64,000 nt of DNA from Dendrobates tinctorius (GCF_039654945.1 NW_027361814.1:11222001-11286000); one strand, 5' to 3'. Numbered from the stretch's first letter, positions 1 to 12,389 are shown. Notes: generated by a model not told the origin, from the letters alone. Program-made: numbers and translations.

Positions 1-292
1 CTCAGGTAGAGGCACGCAAGTGGAACTGAGCTCTGCAAACACTGAAGCTTCACTACAATCCCTCCAGGGCCTTTCACACGGTGATATCACAACTTAGCTT
101 TTCATTGGCACAACCTAAAGAAACAACCTGAGAGATGTGAGCAAAGTACAGGCTCGAGATCGGAGAAACCAAGCAAGCACTACATGGAGTTTTATATCTG
201 AGTTTTTCATACCGACGCTGCACAAGGATGCAAGAGCACTGGAAAAACGTCATTCCTGGTGAAAGTTATATATCAATTCTCCAATCTCTCAC

Positions 293-403
293 CTGTAGGT
301 TCACACTTCGAGACAATCCTTCCTTTTCACATATGTTTTTTGCGAGTGCTATAGCATCTGAACAGTAGTCGATACCCGTGAGATTGCTGTAGCCCGACTT
401 TGC
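293..403 (-). CDS. EEF1AKMT2: EEF1A lysine methyltransferase 2 (METTL10), coding exon 4; gene continues beyond the left edge
   Basis: AG acceptor 405-404, GT donor 292-291; 111 nt, phase 0/0; reads AKSGYSNLTGIDYCSDAIALAKNICEKEGLSRSVNLQ (TGIDY post-I motif of a class I methyltransferase). Confidence 0.93.
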
Positions 404-496
404 CTGTAGAACAATCATAATTATACAGCAAATGTCTGATCAATACAGAGTTTATTATTCGGTTTATTCCCAATTAATACATGCCATACCACTCAC

Positions 497-611
497 CAAT
501 TCCACCAGTAGCATGCCATTTCCTGTGCCAATGTCCACTATTGAGGCTGTTGGCGGCACCTTCTGTGCATTCATCCATCGAACAACCCGGGTCATACTAC
601 CTTCTCCAAAC
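497..611 (-). CDS. EEF1AKMT2: EEF1AKMT2 coding exon 3
   Basis: AG/GTGAGT boundaries; 115 nt; (W)FGEGSMTRVVRWMNAQKVPPTASIVDIGTGNGMLLVEL with SAM-binding motif I DIGTGNG. Confidence 0.95.
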
Positions 612-1828
612 CTGTTAAAGAAAAGGCAGATTTAACATACTTCAACATGTCTTGCAATTGAATTTCATTAAAAATTTTGTACCGCTTGCCTGATATAGCC
701 TATACTTTATTGCTGGCTGTAGAATGAGTTAACTGAGAATCCATCAGTAAGCCTGATACAACGGTCTGACAGGGAGTTTGCAACGCTCTTATTGGTCTTT
801 TTCTGGGCTCCTCTCAGCTGATTTATGACCACAGACCACATAACACGTGCAGGGACATAAAGAGTCTGTAAAAGACAAACGGTGCAAGATTTTTAATCAT
901 ACCCAATTGCAAAAATAATAAAACCCAAATACAAACATTGAATTAAAACAAATATTACCCCAAAAGGTGGCTACCACTTTAAGAACTTCTAATACCATAT
1001 AAAGTCCATATTGCTCCATATTATAAAGCATTCCTTTCTAGTAGCATAGGTTAAGGGGGAAATCCTATGGCTCTGCTGCAGATAGCGATGACGCTCGCCG
1101 AGTACACCGACGTGCAGCAACACAGGGTACAGTGCCGTGATGCAGAAGAATGGCGACGATGGTTCTGTGCACTACATCACTATTCAGAGGGGATAAATTA
1201 GGCTCACTAAGGGAGCGGATGGGTCTGACTACATTTATGGGTCAGGTCTGGTGTCTTATAATATAAAGATCCTATAATACATTAAAAGGGGTTTCCAGTG
1301 AAAATAACTTATAATTTATCCAGATGATCAGTAATAATTTATTGATCGATGGGCATCTGAACTATTCAGCAGTAAGGGGAACTTTTATCTTGGTCAGGTC
1401 ATGTTCACACGTTCAGTATTTTACATCAGTATTTGTAAGCCAAAACCAGGAGAGGGTGAAGAATACAGAAGTGGTGACAGGTTTCTATTATACTTTACCG
1501 CTAAGGGTACGTGCGCACGATAAGATAAGAATTCCCTGTTCTGCTGATCGGTGCAGGTCCCAGAGGTCGGACCACCACCGATCGGCAAGTTATCAAAAGT
1601 CCTATGGATACTTATACTGGACAACCCCTTTAAGCCAGACATCCTGAGTTCCCTTGCATTTTTACCACTGATACAGTATCACCTCCTTTGTGCTCCGTCA
1701 GGGGGGGGGGGGGGGGGGGGGGGGAGTACAGCATTATATCCCTGATTGTTGTGAGTGCAGTGTTCCTGACTTGTATTTCATGTGAACGAGGACTATACCG
1801 AGGACGGCTCCATCATGACCCCACTCAC

Positions 1829-1894
1829 CAGATCTCGCCTTCATCGCCGCAGTCCTGGAAGGTCTTCAGTTCACGGCTGTACACGGCGTCCCAA
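1829..1894 (-). CDS. EEF1AKMT2: EEF1AKMT2 coding exon 2
   Basis: AG/GTGAGT boundaries; 66 nt; (H)WDAVYSRELKTFQDCGDEGEI(W), matching the recalled human WDAVYERELQTF...GEIW; phases join exons 1 and 3. Confidence 0.95.
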
Positions 1895-2024
1895 CTAGAC
1901 AGGAACACAGAAGAAAGAGCTGAGTCTCCGGTACCACACTGAGCGTATACGGACTGTATCCCACCCAAATACCATCGCCCCATGGTTATAGGTGTCCAAG
2001 GATGCCCCAACAGCTGTACTCCCA

Positions 2025-3930
2025 GCGGTCGGGCTGGGAGTCGCGGTGTCTCTCTGCGGTCGGGCTGGGAGTCGCGGTGTCTCTCTGCGGTCGGGCTGGG
2101 AGTCGCGGTGTCTCTCTGCGGTCGGGCTGGGAGTCGCGGTGTCTCTCTGCGGTCGGGCTGGGAGTCGCGGTGTCTCTCTGCGGTCGGGCTGGGAGTCGCG
2201 GTGTCTCTCTGCGGTCGGGCTGGGAGTCGCGGTGTCTCTCTGCGGTCGGGCTGGGAGTGGCGGTGTCTCTCTGCGGTCGGGCTGGGAGTGGCGGTGTCTC
2301 TCTGCGGTCGGGCTGGGAGTGGCGGTGTCTCTCTGCGGTCGGGCTGGGAGTGGCGGTGTCTCTCTGCGGTCGGGCTGGGAGTGGCGGTGTCTCTCTGCGG
2401 TCGGGCTGGGAGTGGCGGTGTCTCTCTGCGGTCGGGCTGGGAGTGGCGGTGTCTCTCTGCGGTCGGGCTGGGAGTGGCGGTGTCTCTCTGCGGTCGGGCT
2501 GGGAGTGGCGGTGTCTCTCTGCGGTCGGGCTGGGAGTCGCGGTGTCTCTCTGCGGTCGGGCTGGGAGTGGCGGTGTCTCTCTGCGGTCGGGCTGGGAGTG
2601 GCGGTGTCTCTCTGCGGTCGGGCTGGGAGTGGCGGTGTCTCTCTGCGGTCGGGCTGGGAGTGGCGGTGTCTCTCTGCGGTCGGGCTGGGAGTCGCGGTGT
2701 CTCTCTGCGGTCGGGCTGGGAGTCGCGGTGTCTCTCTGCGGTCGGGCTGGGAGTCGCGGTGTCTCTCTGCGGTCGGGCTGGGAGTGGCGGTGTCTCTCTG
2801 CGGTCGGGCTGGGAGTGGCGGTGTCTCTCTGCGGTCGGGCTGGGAGTGGCGGTGTCTCTCTGCGGTCGGGCTGGGAGTGGCGGTGTCTCTCTGCGGTCGG
2901 GCTGGGAGTGGCGGTGTCTCTCTGCGGTCGGGCTGGGAGTGGCGGTGTCTCTGCGGTCGGGCTGGGAGTCGCGGTGTCTCTCTGCGGTCGGGCTGGGAGT
3001 CGCGGTGTCTCTCTGCGGTCGGGCTGGGAGTGGCGGTGTCTCTCTGCGGTCAGGCTGGGAGTGGCGGTGTCTCTGCGGTCGGGCTGGGAGTGGCGGTGTC
3101 TCTGCGGTCGGGCTGGGAGTCGCGGTGTCTCTCTGCGGTCAGGCTGGGAGTTGTGGTGTCTCTCTGCGGTCAGGCTGGGAGTTGTGGTGTCTCTCTGCGG
3201 TCAGGCTGGGAGTGGCGGTGTCTCTCTGCGGTCGGGCTGGGAGTGGCGGTGTCTCTCTGCGGTCGGGCTGGGAGTGGCGGTGTCTCTCTGCGGTCGGGCT
3301 GGGAGTGGCGGTGTCTCTCTGCGGTCGGGCTGGGAGTGGCGGTGTCTCTCTGCGGTCGGGCTGGGAGTGGCGGTGTCTCTCTGCGGTCGGGCTGGGAGTG
3401 GCGGTGTCTCTCTGCGGTCGGGCTGGGAGTGGCGGTGTCTCTCTGCGGTCGGGCTGGGAGTCGCGGTGTCTCTCTGCGGTCGGGCTGGGAGTCGCGGTGT
3501 CTCTCTGCGGTCGGGCTGGGAGTCGCGGTGTCTCTCTGCGGTCGGGCTGGGAGTCGCGGTGTCTCTCTGCGGTCGGGCTGGGAGTCGCGGTGTCTCTCTG
3601 CGGTCGGGCTGGGAGTGGCGGTGTCTCTCTGCGGTCGGGCTGGGAGTGGCGGTGTCTCTCTGCGGTCGGGCTGGGAGTGGCGGTGTCTCTGCGGTCGGGC
3701 TGGGAGTGGCGGTGTCTCTCTGCGGTCGGGCTGGGAGTGGCGGTGTCTCTATGCGGTCGGGCTGGGAGTGGCGGTGTCTCTCTGCGGTCGGGCTGGGAGT
3801 GGCGGTGTCTCTGCGGTCGGGCTGGGAGTCGCGGTGTCTCTCTGCGGTCGGGCTGGGAGTCGCGGTGTCTCTCTGCGGTCAGGCTGGGAGTTGTGGTGTC
3901 TCTCTGCGGTCAGGCTGGGAGTTGTGGTGT
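2025..3930. repeat. 31-bp GC/CpG-rich minisatellite (about 60 copies) in EEF1AKMT2 intron 1
   Basis: Unit gcggtcgggctgggagt(c/g)gcggtgtctctct, with some 29-bp variants; explains the three stop-free 660-691 aa ORFs. Confidence 0.97.
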
Positions 3931-4054
3931 GGCAGAGAACACCCAGCACTGCTCTACAGCATAAGAACTTCCTATGACTCCTGCCGTCTCCCATGTGCGG
4001 CCTATGCAGGTATCAGATCAGTATGGCGCCCCCCTGTGGCTCTCATGTACTCAC

Positions 4055-4101
4055 TGCTCTTTAGTCCCCAAAGCTGAAGGCGAGAAATCCTCCTCACTCA
4101 T
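4055..4101 (-). CDS. EEF1AKMT2: EEF1AKMT2 coding exon 1
   Basis: ATG at 4101; MSEEDFSPSALGTKE+CA then GTGAGT donor; PSALGT motif; phase 2 joins exon 2 to make His. Confidence 0.9.
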
Positions 4102-4139
4102 CTCTGAGCAGCAATATGGAGCTGCAGCGGCCGGGTGCG

Positions 4140-4175
4140 CGCTGGTGACGTCATCACCATGTGACCAGCACGTGT
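4140..4175. promoter_or_regulatory. EEF1AKMT2 proximal promoter motifs (CRE and E-boxes)
   Basis: TGACGTCA at 4146-4153, CATGTGAC near 4158 and CACGTG at 4169-4174, 45-75 bp upstream of the ATG. Confidence 0.55.
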
Positions 4176-4263
4176 GGGGGAGGAGTCAGGTGCTGAGCAC
4201 GGAACGAAGCAGGAAAATTTGGCAAGCTGTAGTTCTGCAGTGCTGGGCAGAGGGCTGTGCAAC

Positions 4264-4606
4264 AGAGCTGTGTTTAGTGTGCATGCAGCAGTGCTGTGTT
4301 TGTCTGATGTGGATGCAGCAGAGCTGTGTTTGTCTGATGTGGATGCAGCAGAGCTGTGTTTGTCTGATGTGGATGCAGCAGAGCTGTGTTTGTCTGATGT
4401 GGATGCAGCAGAGCTGTGTTTGTCTGGTGTGCATGCAACAGTGTTGTATTTGGTGTGCATGCAGCAGAGCTGTGTCTGATGTGCATACAACAGTGTTGTG
4501 TTTGGTGTGCATACAGCAGACTCTGGTGTGCATGCAGCAGAGCTGTGTTTGTCTGATGTGCATGCAGCAGAGCTGTGTTTGTCTGATGTGCATGAGCAGA
4601 GCTGTG
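4264..4606. repeat. About 30-bp minisatellite upstream of EEF1AKMT2
   Basis: Unit gcagcagagctgtgtttgtctgatgtggat with degenerate copies. Confidence 0.9.
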
Positions 4607-4825
4607 ATTTATCCACTTCTTGCAGCCAATTTTCATTTGTTCACCTTTCTCCCCCTTTCCTTCCAAGAGCCACAACCTATGTTATTTTTCCACGTCGTAG
4701 TTTTGTATGAAACCATTAACATTACAATATAATGTCCTGGAAAAAAAATTCCAAGTGCAGTGAAATAAAAATGATGATGCTCCAGGTCAAGTGAGACAAG
4801 GAGGAGGATGAGGGCTGCACTCTAA

Positions 4826-5710
4826 GGCTGTGTGCCCACGATGCGATTTTTTAGCGTTTTTGCTGCGATTTTCGGCGCGAAAGCGTTTAAAAATCGTGTA
4901 CAGAACGCCCCCCATGCATTCCTATGGCATTCCGCACATGCTGTGCTAATGCTGCGCTTTTTTCCGCGGCGGAATCGCATCGCGGAAAAAATCGCAGCAT
5001 GGTCATTCTTTTGTGCGGAATCGCAAAGAATTGCCGCGATTCCGCACCCATAGGAATGCATGAGAACCGCTAACTTCCCGCATGTGGCTATGCCCACCAT
5101 GCGGGAAGTTAAGCGTCTCATGCGGTTGGTACCCACGGTGTGGAGGAGAGGAGACTGTCCTCCAGGCCCTGGGTACCAAACCCCTGTAAAAATAAAAAAT
5201 CGGGGTATATTTACCTTCCGGCGTCCCGCGCTGCATTCCCGGCCTCAGCGTTCCCAGTAATGCCTTGCGGCAAGGTCCTGTGATGACGTGGTCTCGTGAG
5301 ATCGCTATAGTAACGCGAGACCAACGTTATCACAGGTCTCGCAAGGCATTACTGGGAACGCTCAGGCCCGGGAATGCAGCGCGGGACGCCAGAAGGTAAA
5401 TATACCCCGATTTTTTATTTTTTTATCGTTTTTAACATCCTATCTTTTACTATTGATGCCACATAGGCAGCCTCAATAGTAAAAAGCTGCTCACACTTGT
5501 CAAACACTATGTTTGGCGAGTGTGACCAACCTGTCAATCACTTTCCAAGCGATGCTTCAAATCGCTTGGAAAGTGCTTGAGAAAATCGCGGCAAAATCGC
5601 AAACAGAATCGCGGTAAAATCGCGGTGAAATCGCGCTGAAAAAAACGCGATTTCTGGGAAGGAGTCCGGTTTTCAGTGTGCGTTTTAACACGCAACGTGG
5701 GCACATAGCC
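4826..5710. mobile_element. PIF/Harbinger-type MITE
   Basis: TIRs ggctgtgtgcccacg / cgtgggcacatagcc; TAA duplicated on both sides; internal long inverted repeat about 5181-5420. Confidence 0.8.
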
Positions 5711-5726
5711 TAAGGCCTGGAGACAT

Positions 5727-5758
<32 letters not shown>

Positions 5759-5770
5759 CACACTCTATAT

Positions 5771-6945
5771 TATTATTTATTTATATAGCGCCATTAATTC
5801 CATGGTGCTGTACATGAGAAGGGGGTTACAGTTACATACAAAGTTATAGATATTGTTAACAGTAAACAAATTTACAATGACAGACTGGTACAGAGGGGAG
5901 AGGACCCTGTCCTTGCGGATTTACATTCTACAGGATAGAGGGGAAGAGACAGAAGGTTGGGGGGTGTAGCAGCTCTGGTGGTGCTGAGGCGGCGGCTCCG
6001 GCGGTGGTGAGGCGGCAGAATGGTTATTGCAGTCCGTAAGCTTTCCTGAAAAGATGGGTTTTCAGGTTCCGTCTGAAGGATCCGAGGGTGGTGGATAATT
6101 GGACGTGTTGAGGCATGGCATTAAAGAGGATAGGGGATATTCGGGAGAAATCTTTGAGGCGGTTGTGTGAGGAACGAATAAATGTGGGGGAGAGTAGGAG
6201 GTCTTGGGAGGATCGAAGATTACGTGAGGGAAGGTATTGGGAGATTAGTTCAGAGATATAGGGAGGGGACAGGTTGTGGATGGCTTTGTAGGTCAGTGTT
6301 AGTAGTTTGAACTGGATGCGTTGGGGAATTGGGAGCCAATGGAGAGATTTTCAGAGGGGAGAGACAGGGGAGTAGTGAGGAGAGAGGTGGATTAGTTGAG
6401 CAGCAGAATTGACAGACTGGAGTGGTGCAAGAGAGTTAGCAGGGAGGCCACAGGGGAGAGTGTTGCAGTAGTCAAGGCGGGAGATGATGAGGGCATGTAC
6501 AAGAGTTTTAGTAGATTGAGGGCTGAGGAAGAGACGGATTCTGGAAATATTTTTGAGTTGGAGGCGACAGGAGGTGGCAAGAGTTTGGACGTGTGGTTTG
6601 AAGGACAGGGCAGAGTTGAGAGTTACTCCGAGGCAGCAGATTTCAGGTGCGGGAGAGAGTGTAATGCCGTTACCATAACAGATAGATCGGGTAGGGAAGA
6701 TACGTGAGATGGAGGAAAGATAATGAGTTCAGTTTTGTCTACATTGAGTTTTAAGAAGCGATAGGTGAAAAAGGAGGATATGGCTGATAGACACTCCGGG
6801 ATTCTGCACAGCAGAGAGGTGACGTCTGGGCTAGAGAGGTAGATCTGAGTGTCGTCCGCATACAGGTGGTACTGGAAGCCATGGGACTTTATGAGTTGTC
6901 CTAGGCCAAGAGTATAGATGGAAAAAAGTAGGGGCCCCAGGACAG
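5771..6945 (-). mobile_element. 5'-truncated L2 (CR1 clade) LINE
   Basis: Minus strand encodes RT C-terminal motifs ([10 protein letters not shown]...[15 protein letters not shown]...[15 protein letters not shown]) and ends in an AAT-rich tail near 5771. Confidence 0.85.
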
Positions 6946-6961
6946 AGATATATATTATATA

Positions 6962-8568
6962 CAGTGGGGAAAAAAAGTATTTAGTCAGTCAGCAATAGTG
7001 CAAGTTCCACCACTTAAAAAGATGAGAGGCGTCTGTAATTTACATCATAGGTAGACCTCAACTATGGGAGACAAACTGAGAAAAAAAAATCCAGAAAATC
7101 ACATTGTCTGTTTTTTATTTCATTTTATTTGCATATTATGGTGGAAAATAAGTATTTGGTCAGAAACAAAATTTCATCTCAATACTTTGTGATATATCCT
7201 TTGTTGGCAATGACAGAGGTCAAACGTTTTCTGTAAGTCTTCACAAGGTTGCCACACACTGTTGTTGGTATGTTGGCCCATTCCTCCATGCAGATCTCCT
7301 CTAGAGCAGTGATGTTTTTGGCTTTTCGCTTGGCAACACGGACTTTCAACTCCCTCCAAAGGTTTTCTATAGGGTTGAGATCTGGAGACTGGCTAGGCCA
7401 CTCCAGGACCTTGAAATGCTTCTTACGAAGCCACTCCTTCGTTGCCCTGGCGGTGTGCTTTGGATCATTGTCATGTTGAAAGACCCAGCCACGTTTCATC
7501 TTCAATGCCCTTGCTGATGGAAGGAGGTTTGCACTCAAAATCTCACGATACATGGCCCCATTCATTCTTTCATGTACCCGGATCAGTCGTCCTGGCCCCT
7601 TTGCAGAGAAACAGCCCCAAAGCATGATGTTTCCACCACCATGCTTTACAGTAGGTATGGTGTTTGATGGATGCAACTCAGTATTCTTTTTCCTCCAAAC
7701 ACGACAAGTTGTGTTTCTACCAAACAGTTCCAGTTTGGTTTCATCAGACCATAGGACATTCTCCCAAAACTCCTCTGGATCATCCAAATGCTCTCTAGCA
7801 AACTTCAGACGGGCCCGGACATGTACAGGCTTAAGCAGTGGGACACGTCTGGCACTGCAGGATCTGAGTCCATGGTGGCGTAGTGTGTTACTTATGGTAG
7901 GCCTTGTTACATTGGTCCCAGCTCACTGCAGTTCATTCACTAGGTCCCCCCGCGTGGTTCTGGGATTTTTGCTCACTGTTCTTGTGATCATTCTGACCCC
8001 ACGGGGTGGGATTTTGCGTGGAGCACCAGATCGAGGGAGATTATCAGTGGTCTTGTATGTCTTCCATTTTCTAATTATTGCTCCCACAGTTGATTTCTTC
8101 ACTCCAAGCTGGTTGGCTATTGCAGATTCAGTCTTCCCAGCCTGGTGCAGGGCTACAATTTTGTTTCTGGTGTCCTTTGACAGCTCTTTGGTCTTCACCA
8201 TAGTGGAGTTTGGAGTCAGACTGTTTGAGGGTGTGCACAGGTGTCTTTTTATGCTGATAACAAGTTTAAACAGGTGCCATTACTACAGGTAATGAGTGGA
8301 GGAAAGAGGAGACTCTTAAAGAAGAAGTTACAGGTCTGTGAGAGCCAGAAATCTTGATTGCTTGTTTCTGACCAAATACTTATTTTCCACCATAATATGC
8401 AAATAAAATGAAAAAAAAACAGACAATGTGATTTTCTGGATTTTTTTTTCTCAGTTTGTCTCCCATAGTTGAGGTCTACCTATGATGTAAATTACAGACG
8501 CCTCTCATCTTTTTAAGTGGTGGAACTTGCACTATTGCTGACTGACTAAATACTTTTTTTCCCCACTG
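6962..8568 (-). mobile_element. Full-length Tc1 (DD34E) DNA transposon, ZB/Tzf-like
   Basis: TA target duplication; about 205-bp TIRs starting cagtggggaaaaaaagtatttagtcag; 1607 bp; transposase 8201-7179. Confidence 0.95.
7179..8201 (-). pseudogene. Tc1 transposase, 340 codons with one premature TGA at codon 93
   Basis: ORFs 7923-8201 and 7179-7787 are in the same frame with no other stop between them; WSDETK, HDNDPKH and SPDLNPIE motifs; 34 residues between the second D and the E. Confidence 0.92.
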
Positions 8569-10426
8569 TATACTATATACACTGTACATGTTTCTCAGTT
8601 TTGTTTGGCTTATTAGACTCTCCCAGCGTGTCACTGATAGAGCCACCTCCGGTGTGCACAGAAGACGCCGTCTCCTCTGCCCAGTCTGATTTGCTGTCAT
8701 GGGGTGCTGCTGATAACAGGAAATGGTGGTACATGCATCATAATTACTGCAAGGAGCCTGGAAGGTGGAAATCTGTCAGCAGGATAACATCCCCATAAAT
8801 TTATGCGCATGTAGATCTTTTAAAGACCAGTCCAGTAAAACATTTACATGGTCGGTCCGTTTCTCAATTACTGAGAAATCAGTGTTTGAATTGGTATGCA
8901 AATGAGGCTTAAGGACTATGGTAGATCTGAAGCCTCTGTCACTCCATCTCTATGCAGTTCCCAGCGCCGTCTCCTCCTGCTTGGCTGACAGCCTCTATGC
9001 TGTGTGACTTCAGGCTACAGATGGAGTGACAGAGGCTTCAGATCTACCATAGCTCTTCAGACTCATTTACATACCAATTCAAATGCTGATGTCTCAGTAA
9101 AGGAGGAACGGGCCAACCCTGTAAAGGTATTGCTGGACTTGCCTTAGAAAAACCTGCATGCACATATAAATAGTTTGGTGGTGAAATCTTGCACAGAATG
9201 AGATCGGATCGCACTGGCCGGCGGCTCTCCTGACCGGAACGTGAGAGCTTCTTGTATTTCTACGAGAGCCGCCGGCCAGTCCGGCACTACATTCCGATCC
9301 ATCCAATTTATATGGTTGTCTGAATTCCCTAAAATGAACACATTAGCTCCCATGACTAACTATATACTTGTATTCTCTATGAAATAAAAAATTCTGGAGC
9401 GTTTTTATCTTCAAATTCTGACATGACCAAACCCCTATCTATCTACATGGCGAACTCCACGGATCCATGCAAAGGTAGGAATCGGCCTGTGAACCAAGGG
9501 TAGCGCCGTTGCTGAAAAACGTGGTATCCGACCATTTTCCTAACCAATAAACACACGGAGCCCGACTGCATCTTCAGTGAAAATGATTTTATTGCAGATT
9601 ACAAAATTCTAACATTAATTCCAGATTAATAGATTCTTCAGTTACAACATATTAATTGGACCAGTTACATTGTCCAAAACACATGGGAGATCTGTGGAGA
9701 CTGGGGAAAAGAAAAAGTGGAGGCGTTACCCATTAGCAACCAATAATTTGCTACTTTTGTTCTAAAAAAGGTCTAAAAAACGCCTGGTGAAAACTCCTCC
9801 AACCCGCAACAGTTTAATAAACTCTATTCCATAGAATATTGCTGATTCGGAGTTTGACTGCCGGTTGTTCACAGTCTAATATCAGCCAGTTAATGATACA
9901 ATGCAGGAATATTGTGGGGAAAAAATTAGGCTTACAGCGTTTGTAAGAATTCTAGATTCTTTTGTACCCAACATCATCGATCTGGTGACAGTTGGGGGTC
10001 CCCATACTTATAAAGTTGTCGGCTGAACTTGCCAACATTGGCCAATGTTAGTCTGTACCTGGGGTCCATAAGGATGGAGGGGGGGGTTATCCGGTCTTCC
10101 GATAATATTCTACAGTCACCCTAAGTGACTGACGACTTCTGAGTCTTGACAGTGTGCGGTGTGCGAGCAGTTGCTGCGAGCGGGTGATCATGTGACCAAA
10201 AGTATGCGGTTTGCATTCTTACGGCCACTTTTCCATTACGCGTGCTCGGTCTCGTTCAGTTTATCTGCACTGAGAGAGGACGAGCACGTCTAGGAAGAAT
10301 GTAGCCGGGAACGCATGTAAATTGCATACTAGTGGTCATGTGACCGACCGCTCTCATCGGCAGTGACAGAGAATCCTGACAGTGTGCGGTGGGAGTACTG
10401 TGTAAGGAATGAGAAGTCTTTAGTCT

Positions 10427-10960
10427 GGTGCCCTCTGTGCCTGGTGACCTCTGTGCCCAGAATCTCCATACCTGGTGACCTATGTGCCCAGTGGCTCTGT
10501 GCCCGGTGACCTCTGTGCCAGGAATTTCTGTACCTGGTCACCGGTGTCCCTGGTGCCTCTCTATCCAGTGCCTGGTGATCTTTGTGCAGGAATCTCTCTG
10601 CCTGGTGACCTCTGTGCCAAGAATCTCTGCACCTGATGAGTTCTGTACATTTTGACTTCTGTACCTGGTGACCTCCATACATGGTCACTCCTGTATCTGG
10701 TGATCTCCATACATGGTCACTCCTGTATCTGGTGATCTCCATACATGGTCACTCCTGTATCTGGTGAGCTCCGTACCAGGAATCCATATACACCTTCATA
10801 CCTGGTGACATCCACACCAGGAACCTCTGTACCTGGCAACTTCTGTACATTGTGACTTCTGGTTACCTGGTGACTTTCCATGTCTGGTAACCTCCATACC
10901 AGGAAACTCTGCACCTGATGAGCCCTATAAACATATGAACTCTGTACCTGGTGACCTCTA
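10427..10960. repeat. Degenerate tandem repeat (about 30 bp, cctggtgacctc core)
   Basis: Recurring cctggtgacctc / ctggtgatctccatacatggtcactc motifs. Confidence 0.75.
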
Positions 10961-11255
10961 TGGATGTAGATCACTATCTTTCACCGCCATCCAGAGGGGG
11001 AATCAAGCTGGTACAAGGTAATGGCTAGCACCTTAGGAACACATAGAAACAGTATTTAGGAAAAAAGGTGCCTTATTGTGAGGCACCATGCCGTCCTTGT
11101 AGTGGGGTAACTAGTCTGGTATTCTGTACTACAAGTTTTGGGTGCTTGAGAAGGCACAATGTGGTGGCAAGAATGTCTGGGGGCTCTCATCTCTATACAG
11201 CGATCCATAACATGTATTTTAGTTTGTACAGCCCCCCTGTGCAAACAGCCTTGGC

Positions 11256-11446
11256 CACACTGCCGTCATGGCTCCGGGTCACACTGCCGTCATGGCTCAG
11301 GGCCACACTGCCGTCATGGCTCAGGGCCACACTGCCGTCATGGCTCAGGGCCACACTGCCGTCATGGCTCCGGGTCACACTGCCGTCATGGCTCCGGGTC
11401 ACACTGCCGTCATGGCTCCTGGTCTCACTGCCGTCATGGCTCCAGG
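11256..11446. repeat. 24-bp minisatellite, about 8 copies, downstream of the LHPP stop
   Basis: Unit cacactgccgtcatggctc(a/c)ggg(c/t). Confidence 0.92.
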
Positions 11447-11834
11447 TCCATCTGTGCCATGAAGGATTGGTTTTCCAGATGACCCAGATGGATCCTACTG
11501 AGGTAAGACAGGGCCCGTCATGTTTCTGTGGGGGGGCAGTGTTTTTTTATAACAAGAATTGTGCTCCAAAATGTAAAAAAAAATGTAAACATAATGGCAG
11601 CCCCTATATAACACACTTCCTTTTAATTTACAACTTTCTTATTCAAGTAAATGACACACGGCATCTAATCCAAGAAATGTCCCGTACGCTGGAGAGGGCA
11701 GCGGTCAGGCTGAGCGTTCGTTGCTGAATTTACTCTTCCCAGTGCAGTTAGTTTTTCAGAATTTTACTACTCGCTGCCATTTCTTTTGCTGTTATTAGCC
11801 GTTAGTAAAAGAGGCTATAAAGAGTGGACTGTGG

Positions 11835-11937
11835 TCAGTGGCTGGCCGACATGGAGGCCAGGAGGATATCCACGGCGTGGGCTAAATTATTCACATACCC
11901 ATCAGCAGTCACTTGAGGGTGGCTCTCATCGCTAGGC
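11835..11937 (-). CDS. LHPP: LHPP coding exon 7 (last)
   Basis: AG acceptor; (R)PSDESHPQVTADGYVNNLAHAVDILLASMSASH*; TGA at 11837-11835. Confidence 0.93.
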
Positions 11938-11979
11938 CTGGAAGAGAGGACATATTTAGACATATTCTTGCACGTCCAT

Positions 11980-12259
11980 TAGTGATGAGCGAATGTGCTC
12001 GGATAACGTCTGATCCGAGCACGCTCAGGTGTTATCAGAGCATCTGGGTGTGCTCGTGTATCATGTTCGAGTCCTTGCGGTTGCATTAGGGAATCCCCGC
12101 ACTGTTCAGGCTGTCTAACAGGCAATCCCTGCATGTGTTGTGTCTGTCTAACAGTTGCAAATCATGCAACCGCGGGGACTCAAACATAATATACGAGCTC
12201 TCCCAGATGCCTGAGCGTGCTCAGATCAGACGTTATCCGAGCACGCTCGCTCATTACTA
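11980..12259. mobile_element. hAT-like MITE occupying most of LHPP intron 6
   Basis: TIRs tagtgatgagcgaatgtgctcggataacg / cgttatccgagcacgctcgctcattacta; palindromic body; 8-bp TSD not recognisable. Confidence 0.7.
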
Positions 12260-12297
12260 GTGTACAGCACAACGGGGCCAAGATCTTATTGGTCTAC

Positions 12298-12389
12298 CTG
12301 TATTTCCCAGTTCTGACGAGTACACCTCGAATGCCACAGCTTTGTGCGCCTCCGATGTCGTTCACCACGTCGTCTCCAACCATTACAGC
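12298..12389 (-). CDS. LHPP: LHPP coding exon 6
   Basis: AG/GT; 92 nt; [30 protein letters not shown](R), HAD motif IV GDD..ND. Confidence 0.96.

Noticed and set aside
1701-1724. G24 homopolymer
   Set aside because: Simple intronic run whose length is unreliable in sequencing; no supporting context
1982-4077. Three overlapping 660-691 aa ORFs
   Set aside because: They arise from a stop-free 31-bp repeat cycling through frames, antisense within EEF1AKMT2 intron 1
7552-8292. 246-aa plus-strand ORF
   Set aside because: Antisense shadow of the Tc1 transposase with no recognisable domain
11068-11727. 219-aa ORF with TLPSWLR repeats
   Set aside because: Translation of a 24-bp minisatellite antisense to the LHPP 3' region; non-ATG start
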